DNA of 35,904 nucleotides from Nitrospirales bacterium (GTDB lineage Bacteria; Nitrospirota; Nitrospiria; Nitrospirales; Nitrospiraceae): NCBI GenBank assembly GCA_040004695.1, contig JBDUAJ010000001.1, positions 1 to 35,904 of the forward strand, read 5' to 3'. Shown piece by piece: positions 17,337 to 25,307 of this stretch (position 1 is its first letter; each line of letters starts with the position of its first letter). The notes under the pieces were generated by a model. It saw only the letters and a program-made list of their open reading frames with translations, ran no database searches and was not told where the DNA came from. The position numbers and the translations under genes were made by a program.

Positions 17337-17349
17337 CCGGAGATGTACG

Positions 17350-18543
17350 GTGAACCATTCCCCCGTCAAGGTCATGTGTATTGTCGGCGCACGACCGAAT
17401 TTTATGAAAGCCGCGCCGGTGATTGATGCGCTGGAGCGCCGAAACTGGGCGACCGTCACCCTGGTTCACACCGGTCAGCATTACAGTCGGGAGATGTCGG
17501 ACCTGTTTTTCGATGCACTCGGCCTCCCCACACCGCAGGTCGATCTACACGTGGGGTCCGGCCCTCACGGCGAGCAGACGGGTCATATCATGATCCGTTT
17601 GGAGCCCCTGCTCAAACAGCAACGGCCGGATCTCGTCATCGTGTTCGGGGATGTCAATTCGACAGTCGGAGCTGCCCTCTGTGCGGCAAAGATGGGCATT
17701 CCCGTCGCACATGTAGAGGCAGGTCTGCGCAGTTTTGACCGAACCATGCCCGAAGAACTGAATCGGGTCGTGACGGATCATCTCTCTGAGTTCCTGTTTA
17801 CCACGGAACGGAGTGGCCGGGAAAATTTGTCACGGGAGGGGCTACCGGAGGAGAAAATATATTTTGTGGGCAACGTCATGGTGGACACGTTGCTGAAACA
17901 TGTGGAGCAAGCGCGGCATTTACAGACGAGACGGACATTCGGTCTTTCACCTCAGGGCTACGGTCTGTTGACGTTACATCGTCCGAGTAATGTAGACGAT
18001 GTCCCCACGTTCAAGGAAATCATGACGGCGATCAACGAACTGGCCACGGGGCTGCCTATCCTTTTCCCGTGTCATGTTCGGACGCGTGAGCGCTTGACCG
18101 CCATGCCCGAGCTGCTGCCGGCAAGAGGAGGGAGGCACGGAATTGTTCTCCTCGAGCCTCTCGGATATCTCGAGTTTCTCTCCTTGATGTGCGAGGCGCG
18201 CCTGGTGCTGACTGATTCCGGCGGGATTCAAGAGGAGACCACTGTGTTGGGTATTCCCTGTGTGACCCTGCGTCACAATACCGAGCGTCCCGTCACGATC
18301 GAGCAGGGGACCAACATGCTGGCGGGGACGAGTCAAGAGCGTATTGTAGAAGCCGCCCACGCGGTCCTGCGCCGGCAGAGCCCGCCGCGACGTCCGCCGG
18401 ACTTGTGGGACGGTCATGCGGCCGACCGTATTGTCGATGTGTTGGAGCGACGCTTCCATGCCACGTCGTCGATGCCGGAACGGACAGATACGGTGACGAC
18501 GGCCTATTCCACTGCTTGGGCAGCTCACGCAAAGTTTCAATAG
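17350..18543 (+). CDS. wecB: UDP-N-acetylglucosamine 2-epimerase (non-hydrolysing)
   Basis: GTG at 17350 lies 8 nt after GGAG; ATG 17374 is an alternative start. Motifs are IVGARPNFMK, HTGQHYS, GDVNST, HVEAGLRSFDRTMPEELNR, LTLHRPSNVD, TDSGGIQEE and TERPVT. Confidence 0.9.
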   Translation: MNHSPVKVMCIVGARPNFMKAAPVIDALERRNWATVTLVHTGQHYSREMSDLFFDALGLPTPQVDLHVGSGPHGEQTGHIMIRLEPLLKQQRPDLVIVFGDVNSTVGAALCAAKMGIPVAHVEAGLRSFDRTMPEELNRVVTDHLSEFLFTTERSGRENLSREGLPEEKIYFVGNVMVDTLLKHVEQARHLQTRRTFGLSPQGYGLLTLHRPSNVDDVPTFKEIMTAINELATGLPILFPCHVRTRERLTAMPELLPARGGRHGIVLLEPLGYLEFLSLMCEARLVLTDSGGIQEETTVLGIPCVTLRHNTERPVTIEQGTNMLAGTSQERIVEAAHAVLRRQSPPRRPPDLWDGHAADRIVDVLERRFHATSSMPERTDTVTTAYSTAWAAHAKFQ

Positions 18544-18555
18544 AGGAGAGTACCT

Positions 18556-19746
18556 ATGGTTTCTGCTCCAGAGAGTCTCTTGCGACCTCTTCGAGCCGCG
18601 CGGGAGTATTGGCAACTGCCCGTGGCGGCGCGGGAGGCAAGGCGACATGATCATCATGGACTGCCGAAAGAAGACCCTGGGATTGAACCGTGCGCGGACG
18701 CCGGCATCGCTTGGCTCGCGCGCGCCCAGGATCGTTCTGCATCGCACGACGGCGGAGTGGCTCGTCACTTCAGTTTGAGCACAGGATGGAGCACATCGTA
18801 TCCGGAAACGACCGGGTACATCGTGCCGACCCTCTTGACCTATGCCGAGTTGCGACATGATGACGACACTCGCGCCCGCGCGACACGCATGTTGGACTGG
18901 TTGAGATCGCTACAGTTCAGTGAGGGTGGGTTCCAAGGAGGGATGATCCTTGAACAACCCGTTGTCCCTGTCGTGTTCAATACCGGACAGATCCTCATCG
19001 GACTTGCCGCGGGTGTCCGCTCGTTCGGCGCGCCCTATCGTGACTCGATGATTCGAGCGGCGGATTGGTTGGTCAGCGTGCAGGATGCCGACGGATGCTG
19101 GCGCCGGCACGCGTCGCCATTCGCGAAAGCGGGAGATAAAGTGTATGACACCCATGTTGCCTGGGGATTATTCGAGGCGGCGCGCGTGGAACCCGGTCGG
19201 CGTTATGCCGAGGCGGCCATGTCGAATGTTCGATGGGCGCTCTCGCTGCAACGCTCCAATGGATGGTTCGACCGTTGCTGTTTGACAGATCCCTCACAAG
19301 CGCTCACCCATACGGTGGGGTATGTGTTGCGGGGCGTATTGGAAGCCTACCGCTTTACCCGCGAGGCGCACCTGCTTGAGGCGTGTCGGCGCACGGCCGA
19401 TGGACTGTTGTCGGTCTTGGATCACAACGGATTTCTGCCGGGGCGGCTTCAGGCGGATTGGCGACCGGCGGTTTCGTGGGCCTGTCTCACCGGGACTGCC
19501 CAGATCGCGATGTGCTGGCTGCTGCTGTATGCGGAGACCGGCCGTCATGAGTATCGGGAGGCGGCGTCTCTGGCGAACCGGTATGTACGCCGGACGGTGA
19601 ATGTGGATGGCCAGCCGGATATCCGCGGTGGTGTCAAAGGATCGTTCCCGATTGATGGGGCCTACAATGCGTATCAATATCTCAATTGGGCCTGCAAGTT
19701 TATGATCGATACCAATTTACTCGAACGCGACGTGCGGGCACGGTAA
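18556..19746 (+). CDS. alpha/alpha-toroid repeat protein with QW-like repeats (prenyltransferase/terpene-cyclase-like fold). Function unknown; possibly polysaccharide-modifying.
   Basis: SD GGAGAG lies upstream of ATG 18556. There are four to five repeats of the pattern aromatic-L-x3-Q-x2-5-G-(G/W): IAWLARAQDRSASHDGG, LDWLRSLQFSEGGF, ADWLVSVQDADGCW and VRWALSLQRSNGWF. No catalytic motif is recognised. Confidence 0.55.
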   Translation: MVSAPESLLRPLRAAREYWQLPVAAREARRHDHHGLPKEDPGIEPCADAGIAWLARAQDRSASHDGGVARHFSLSTGWSTSYPETTGYIVPTLLTYAELRHDDDTRARATRMLDWLRSLQFSEGGFQGGMILEQPVVPVVFNTGQILIGLAAGVRSFGAPYRDSMIRAADWLVSVQDADGCWRRHASPFAKAGDKVYDTHVAWGLFEAARVEPGRRYAEAAMSNVRWALSLQRSNGWFDRCCLTDPSQALTHTVGYVLRGVLEAYRFTREAHLLEACRRTADGLLSVLDHNGFLPGRLQADWRPAVSWACLTGTAQIAMCWLLLYAETGRHEYREAASLANRYVRRTVNVDGQPDIRGGVKGSFPIDGAYNAYQYLNWACKFMIDTNLLERDVRAR

Positions 19747-19750
19747 CCCC

Positions 19751-20734
19751 ATGATGGAATTTCGGGCTCACAGGCATCCGTCGAAGGAACGATGCGAGCG
19801 CATGGCGGTCATGTCTCCCGCCAATCCGTTTATGACCGCGGCGTATCTGAACGCCCGCATGGCATTGGGAGGAGAATCGTTTATCCTGTCAGTCATGGAC
19901 GGAGAACGCATGAATGCCGCGGGTCCAGCACTCTTACGGTCCGGCTATCTGACGCGGTCCCTCGAAATCATGTCCGTACCGTTGTTACCTGAGCCTGACG
20001 TATTTTGGAGAGGTCTCCAAACCTGGTGCCGGGATAAGAGCGTGTCGCAAGTAGAGGTCAACAGCTTTAGCTCGGAACAGACCTGCATTCCCCCCTTGGA
20101 GGGAGAATATTATCGCCGCACACGATGCGAATATGTACTGGATCTTCGTGAGCAGACGCTATGGGAGCGTATGACTTCTAATCATCTGCGCAATGTCAAG
20201 CGGGCTCGAAAAGGCCAGGTGAGCGTCCACCGATCGAGGGAGGCTTCTGCGTGTCGCGTCCATGTCGACTTGATGGCCTTATCGATGACGCGCCGCCGTG
20301 TGCGGGGTGAGCAGGTGCCCGACCACATGACCAATCAGCTTGCTGAAGTGACGGCTCTGACTCAGCATGGAGCCGGGGAACTGTTTCAAGCAGTGGCCGA
20401 TGGACAGGTCGTCTCATCGATTCTCGTGCTGCTGTCAGAGCGGGGCGGGTACTACCATTCGGCCGGCACGAGTCCGGAGGGAATGGCCTGTGGCGCCTCG
20501 CATGTATTGGTCCACGACATTGCCGTCACGTTACAAGCCGAGGCGCGCTGGCAATTCAACCTCGGAGGCGTCAGTGAAGCAGGGTCGGGGCTGGAGCAGT
20601 TTAAACGAGGGTTCGGTGCACGGCGCATCGATCTGCAAGCCGTGCAGTGCTCGACCGCGACACGCGTGACGCGTTGGCTTGGGGCCGGGGCCACTATGCT
20701 TCGCCATGTGGCGTCTGCAGGAACCGTACGATGA
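19751..20734 (+). CDS. GNAT-fold FemAB-like acyl/aminoacyl transferase, paralog 2
   Basis: The C-terminal half (GELFQAVADGQVVSSILVLLSERGGYYHSAGTSPEGMACGASHVLVHDI...LEQFKRGFGA) resembles the FemAB-like acetyltransferase family (Pfam Acetyltransf_6). The start is uncertain (ATG 19751 or 19802). Confidence 0.6.
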   Translation: MMEFRAHRHPSKERCERMAVMSPANPFMTAAYLNARMALGGESFILSVMDGERMNAAGPALLRSGYLTRSLEIMSVPLLPEPDVFWRGLQTWCRDKSVSQVEVNSFSSEQTCIPPLEGEYYRRTRCEYVLDLREQTLWERMTSNHLRNVKRARKGQVSVHRSREASACRVHVDLMALSMTRRRVRGEQVPDHMTNQLAEVTALTQHGAGELFQAVADGQVVSSILVLLSERGGYYHSAGTSPEGMACGASHVLVHDIAVTLQAEARWQFNLGGVSEAGSGLEQFKRGFGARRIDLQAVQCSTATRVTRWLGAGATMLRHVASAGTVR

Positions 20735-22617
20735 ATCCCGTCCTCATTCTCGGCGACGAGCCCCGTATCGTCGTCAATATTGCCCGATCGCTCCACCGGC
20801 GCGGTGTGCCGGTGGATGTGGCGTCCACCTTGTCCGATGCTCCGGCTCTGCGGTCGAATGCCATTCGCCAGTGTCTGATGCTTCCTGATCCGAGGCGCGA
20901 GCCGGCGCTTAGTCATGCCGTCTTGTTCGAGTACATCTGCTCACATCACTACGATCAACTTATTCCAGCCAGTGACACGGCACTGGCTTTAGTGGCTGAC
21001 TATTATGCTGAATTATCCGAGCTGCTCCACGTCACCTGTCCACCGCCGGATATTGTGCAGCGCGTGTTGAAGAAAGCGCAGACGTTGCGTTTCGCGCAAG
21101 ACTGCGATGTGCCGATCCCAAAAGCGATCACGATCTTCTCGCTGAAGGAACTGGCTGACCGTGGCCCAAGCCTTGGATTTCCTGTGATTGCCAAGCCGTG
21201 CGGTAAAGGCCACCGGGAAACAGGGACGTTCAAGACACGCCGTTTCGAGACAATTGAACAATTGCAGGAGGCCTTCAGGGAGGATCCGAAGTTCGGGATC
21301 CATAATCTGATTCAAGAATACTGCCCCGGGGAGGGCATTGGGATCGAAGTCTTGATGCGTAGCGATCAGCCCTTGGTGCTGTTTCAGCATCGTCGGCTCA
21401 AAGAATTGCCGACCACCGGCGGGGTAAGCGTTCTGGCGATTGCAGAAGCGGTTGATCCGCTCTTAGGGGACTATGCGGTGCGGCTCCTGCGAGCCATGAA
21501 GTGGGAAGGCGTGGCGATGGTGGAGTTTCGCGTCGATAGAGCCGGTCGTCAGGTGGCCCTGATGGAAGTCAACGGTCGCTATTGGGGATCCTTGGGACTG
21601 TCGATCCTGGCCGGGGTGGATTTTCCCTGGTATGAGTGGCAGCTCGCTCACGGACAACATCCTGACACGAACGGTCACTACCGTATTGGCGTTTCGGCAC
21701 GATGGACCAGCGGGGCTATTCAGCGGATTTCTACCAGCAGCCAATGCGGACCGGACCGCGCCACGGTGTGGAGCCTTGGCCGAGAGCTGCTCGGATTCGC
21801 CCAGGATTGTCTGCCTCCCACGCGAGATCTTCTCTGGTCATTCAGCGATCCGCGTCCCGGCTTGCATGAGACTCTCGCCGCGGTCCGTGCGTCCGCTCGC
21901 GGTGTGGTGAAGAGCCTCGTGATGCCTCTTGTCCCAGAGGCGGTGTTGAGCATCCGGCGTCGAAGCCGAGCGTTGGGGACGCGAGCGCGGCGGATGTACG
22001 TATGGATGGCCATCCAGCGTAGGCTGAAGTTCCGATGCGATCGTTTACCGGACAGCTTGCCTCACATCCAATCGGTGTTGTTCGTGTGCCATGGCAATAT
22101 TCTCCGCAGCCCCATGGCCGCGGCTCTGTTTAAGCAGGCATCGGACGCATGCGGCCGCACGATAACGGTGCATTCGGCTGGTTTGCATGCCAATCCCTTC
22201 CATCCGGCCGATCCCCGAGGAGTGGCCGCCGCGGCCGAACTCGGCATCAGCTTATCAGCCCATCGCGCCGATCTACTCACACGTGAGATGGTTCGTCAAG
22301 CGGACGCAATTTTCGTCATGGATCAATTGAACGAGGCCGAACTTCTGGCTCGATATCCCCAGGCTCGCCCGAAACTGTTCTGTCTCAGCCTCTGCGACGC
22401 GGCCATGACGTCCTGTCTGGATATTCATGACCCGTACCATGGGAACATCGATGACGTCCGGCATTGCTATGAGACGATCCAGTCTTGCATCACGGGATTG
22501 GTCTCCAGGCTCACCGGCGACGTAGGAAACATGCACCTGAACAACGCGGTCTATGGCGGGCATCGGGAGATTCCCTTGGTCACCGAATCGAGGCCCGCAG
22601 GAAATCTGCGATCATGA
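20731..22617 (+). CDS. Fusion protein: N-terminal ATP-grasp ligase-like domain and C-terminal low-molecular-weight phosphotyrosine phosphatase
   Basis: ATGA overlap with the previous stop (20731-20734). ATP-grasp motifs are GFPVIAKP, IQEYCPGEGIGIEV and MVEFRVD...LMEVNGRYWGS. The PTP P-loop is VCHGNILRS (Cys codon 22087-22089). The general-acid Asp is in IHDPYHG (22429-22431). Confidence 0.8.
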   Translation: MNPVLILGDEPRIVVNIARSLHRRGVPVDVASTLSDAPALRSNAIRQCLMLPDPRREPALSHAVLFEYICSHHYDQLIPASDTALALVADYYAELSELLHVTCPPPDIVQRVLKKAQTLRFAQDCDVPIPKAITIFSLKELADRGPSLGFPVIAKPCGKGHRETGTFKTRRFETIEQLQEAFREDPKFGIHNLIQEYCPGEGIGIEVLMRSDQPLVLFQHRRLKELPTTGGVSVLAIAEAVDPLLGDYAVRLLRAMKWEGVAMVEFRVDRAGRQVALMEVNGRYWGSLGLSILAGVDFPWYEWQLAHGQHPDTNGHYRIGVSARWTSGAIQRISTSSQCGPDRATVWSLGRELLGFAQDCLPPTRDLLWSFSDPRPGLHETLAAVRASARGVVKSLVMPLVPEAVLSIRRRSRALGTRARRMYVWMAIQRRLKFRCDRLPDSLPHIQSVLFVCHGNILRSPMAAALFKQASDACGRTITVHSAGLHANPFHPADPRGVAAAAELGISLSAHRADLLTREMVRQADAIFVMDQLNEAELLARYPQARPKLFCLSLCDAAMTSCLDIHDPYHGNIDDVRHCYETIQSCITGLVSRLTGDVGNMHLNNAVYGGHREIPLVTESRPAGNLRS

Positions 22618-23525
22618 CAAAAGAGTCCTCTTTAGAACTCGTCAGTGTCGTGATTCCCTGTTACAAACAGGCGCATTTTCTGGGCCACGCGATTGAAAGC
22701 GTGCTCAACCAGACCGTTCAATCTCATGAAATTATTGTGGTCGATGATGGCTCGCCCGATGAGACGCAGGCAGTCGCCACACGCTATCCGACCGTTCGAT
22801 ATGTGTGTCAGACCAATCAAGGTCTGTCTGCGGCGCGCAATACAGGGCTCCAACACGCTCGCGGAGCGTTTGTGGTGTTTCTCGATGCGGACGACCGATT
22901 GCTGCCGAATCACTTTTTGGTGAGCCGCAAGGCATTTCGGCGTAGGCCGGAAGCGGCGTTCGTCTGTGGTAACTACCGGTTTGTAGGCGATGAACAGGCG
23001 ACACACCGACATGACTGTCGGCCACAGCCCGATCACTATGGCACCCTACTGCGCTCCAATTTTATCGGTCCTCCACATACAGTGATGTTTCGGCGTGAGG
23101 CCGTGATTCGTTCCGGAGGATTTATGACAACCTTGAACAGCTGCGAGGACCAGGACATGTACTTGCGCATCGCTAGAACTGCCGCGGTCTATTGCCATCA
23201 CGAAGTCATTGCCGAATATCGGCGGCACACGAGTCAGATGTCTCAGAAGTGGGAAGTCATGCTGGACACTGCCATGGCGATGCTGCAGTCGCAGTGGCGC
23301 TACGTCAAAGGAAAACCAGACCATGAAGACGCGTGGCGTGCTGGAATGAGCTTTCGTCAAGGACTGTACGGACCGGCACTGACATGGACTATGGTGGCCT
23401 CGGCGCGGTCCGGAGATTGGTCACGGGCCTTGCGGTGTCTCGGCGTCCTGCTGCGATGGTATCCAAAGGGTCTTGCTCTGTTGATCAGCCATAAATTGTC
23501 ACGTGTATATGAACCCGCAGCGTGA
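22614..23525 (+). CDS. Family 2 glycosyltransferase
   Basis: ATGA overlap (22614-22617). Motifs VSVVIPCYKQAHFLGHAIESVLNQT, IIVVDDGSPDET and VFLDADD are present. Confidence 0.9.
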   Translation: MTKESSLELVSVVIPCYKQAHFLGHAIESVLNQTVQSHEIIVVDDGSPDETQAVATRYPTVRYVCQTNQGLSAARNTGLQHARGAFVVFLDADDRLLPNHFLVSRKAFRRRPEAAFVCGNYRFVGDEQATHRHDCRPQPDHYGTLLRSNFIGPPHTVMFRREAVIRSGGFMTTLNSCEDQDMYLRIARTAAVYCHHEVIAEYRRHTSQMSQKWEVMLDTAMAMLQSQWRYVKGKPDHEDAWRAGMSFRQGLYGPALTWTMVASARSGDWSRALRCLGVLLRWYPKGLALLISHKLSRVYEPAA

Positions 23526-23532
23526 GCGATCT

Positions 23533-23659
23533 ATGCATCCAGAATTGGTCGGCATTGTAATCTTTTGCTATAAGCAGGCGCATCTTCTAGGCGAAGTTAT
23601 CGATAGCATCTTTGCACAGAGCCATCCGTACGGTGATCGAGGCCGAGGATTCGCCCTAG
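23533..23659 (+). pseudogene. Decayed 5' remnant of a second GT2 glycosyltransferase gene
   Basis: MHPELVGIVIFCYKQAHLLGEVIDSIFAQSH parallels the N-terminus of the upstream GT2. After SHP the homologous continuation (TVIEAEDSP versus IIVVDDGSP) is in the +1 frame and runs into TAG at 23657-23659. No catalytic domain follows. Confidence 0.6.
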
Positions 23660-23785
23660 CTATTTGCGATGAGGCAGTGTGCGGCCAAAGTCAGCGGTGT
23701 GTTGATCGGCTGCTATCCGCAGAACTTTGTCCATCACATTGAAGATAAAGTAACCCGTACGTTGGAACCAAAACCACATTTCGCC

Positions 23786-25288
23786 ATGAGAGAACAGATC
23801 GCAAAATCGGCATTTTGGATCGTCTGGTCACGCGGTGGCGTGCAAATGCTCTCCTTTATCAGCACCTTGCTCATCGCCCGTTGGCTCAGTCCCAGCGATT
23901 ACGGATTGATGGCACTCGTCGGCATCTGGACCGGCACCATTGCCATGGTTGCGGATATGGGCCTGGGATGGGCGATCGTTCAATTTGAAGATGTGCAAGA
24001 AGGTGAACTGCAGAGCTGCTTTTGGCTCACGCTGTTGACCACGGGCGTGGCATATCTGTCACTCTATGCACTCGCGCCGACTATCGCAGAATGGTTTGAT
24101 AGTGCTCAGCTCACGGACGTCATGCGGGTAAGCAGTGCCGCGCTCCTGCTGTTCGCCTTTCGCCTTGTGCCGGATGCGATGATGAGAAAGCGATTGGAGT
24201 TGGACAAGATCGCCAAGGCGGAGATTCTCTCTGCGATTATGGCGATTCCGGTCATGCTCACCTTGGCGTGGAACGGTGGGGGTGTGTGGGCGCTTGTCTA
24301 TGGAGGTATCGTGCAAGCGCTTGTCGCCTCTGTCGCCTTAATTGTGTTTTCTCCCTGGTGGCCACGGTGGAAGTTTAGTTGGGGCCGCACCTCCTCTATG
24401 TTGCGGTACAGCGTGTCGGCGATCGGCGCCAGTCTCGGATGGTCGATCTACTCTCAGATAGATAGCATCATTGTCGGAAAACTGACCAATGAGCAGACGT
24501 TAGGCCTCTACGCCATGGCGAAGCAGCTGGCCATCATGCCGGTCACCAAGATTTCAGCAGTGGTGAATCAAATATCGGGACCGGTGATGGCGCGGTTGCA
24601 GCATGAACAGGAGCGATTACGCATCTCATTTCTGCGAGTACTTCGACTGGTCACGTGTTTGACCCTGCCGCTCTGTGTGGGATTAGGACTGGTTGCGGAT
24701 GATTTGATCCCCGTGATCCTTGGCGATAAATGGGCTGCGGTTGTGCCGCTTTTTCAAGTGTTCTGCATCTATGCGTTCACCCATTCGGTGGAAGTCCTCC
24801 TGCCACCCGTGCTCTTTGCACGATACCGGTCTGGGTTCATGTTGAAATGGACCCTTGCATTGCTGGTGGTGATGCCGGGACCATTCGTGGCCGGTGCGCA
24901 CTGGTATGGTGCGATGGGCGTGGCGTTCGCCTTAGTGCTCATCTATCCCCTGGCCATGGTCTGGATGGCTCGCGAAGCGCTGAAAGAATTGAATCTCGGT
25001 ACCAAAGCGTTGTTGCGTCAGCTTAGTCCTGTCGCAATCCCCTCGGTGCTAATGGCCATTGCGGTGGCGAGCGTTCAATGGGGCCTTACGGCCGGTGGCT
25101 TCGGGCCGCATCTCGTCAGGCTGATCGCCGCGGCGAGCGTCGGGATCATCGTGTATGTGGGAGCCGTATTGATCATGAGGCGGTCGCTCGCAGATGAGAT
25201 CTGGGAAGTGGCGGGATGGGTGGTCCGACCGAAGCGCGGTGCGGGTCAGCCCACGCTTGTCTCGCCCGAAGGCCTGTCGGCGCCATGA
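23786..25288 (+). CDS. Wzx-type flippase (MOP superfamily polysaccharide biosynthesis protein)
   Basis: Start set at ATG 23786. 500 aa and highly hydrophobic with 12 or more predicted TM segments. The N-terminus AKSAFWIVWSRGGVQMLSFISTLLIARWLSPSDYGLMAL is typical of the family. Confidence 0.85.
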   Translation: MREQIAKSAFWIVWSRGGVQMLSFISTLLIARWLSPSDYGLMALVGIWTGTIAMVADMGLGWAIVQFEDVQEGELQSCFWLTLLTTGVAYLSLYALAPTIAEWFDSAQLTDVMRVSSAALLLFAFRLVPDAMMRKRLELDKIAKAEILSAIMAIPVMLTLAWNGGGVWALVYGGIVQALVASVALIVFSPWWPRWKFSWGRTSSMLRYSVSAIGASLGWSIYSQIDSIIVGKLTNEQTLGLYAMAKQLAIMPVTKISAVVNQISGPVMARLQHEQERLRISFLRVLRLVTCLTLPLCVGLGLVADDLIPVILGDKWAAVVPLFQVFCIYAFTHSVEVLLPPVLFARYRSGFMLKWTLALLVVMPGPFVAGAHWYGAMGVAFALVLIYPLAMVWMAREALKELNLGTKALLRQLSPVAIPSVLMAIAVASVQWGLTAGGFGPHLVRLIAAASVGIIVYVGAVLIMRRSLADEIWEVAGWVVRPKRGAGQPTLVSPEGLSAP

Positions 25289-25307
25289 GCCAACTGGAGA
25301 GCTTGCG

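Noticed and set aside
17974-18858. 294-aa minus-strand ORF, and similar ones at 11728-12437, 20452-20916 and 16797-17459.
   Set aside because: They lie fully antisense to plus-strand genes that have strong family motifs. Their composition is Arg/Pro/Ser-rich and I recognise no motifs. These are typical shadow ORFs of GC-rich coding DNA.
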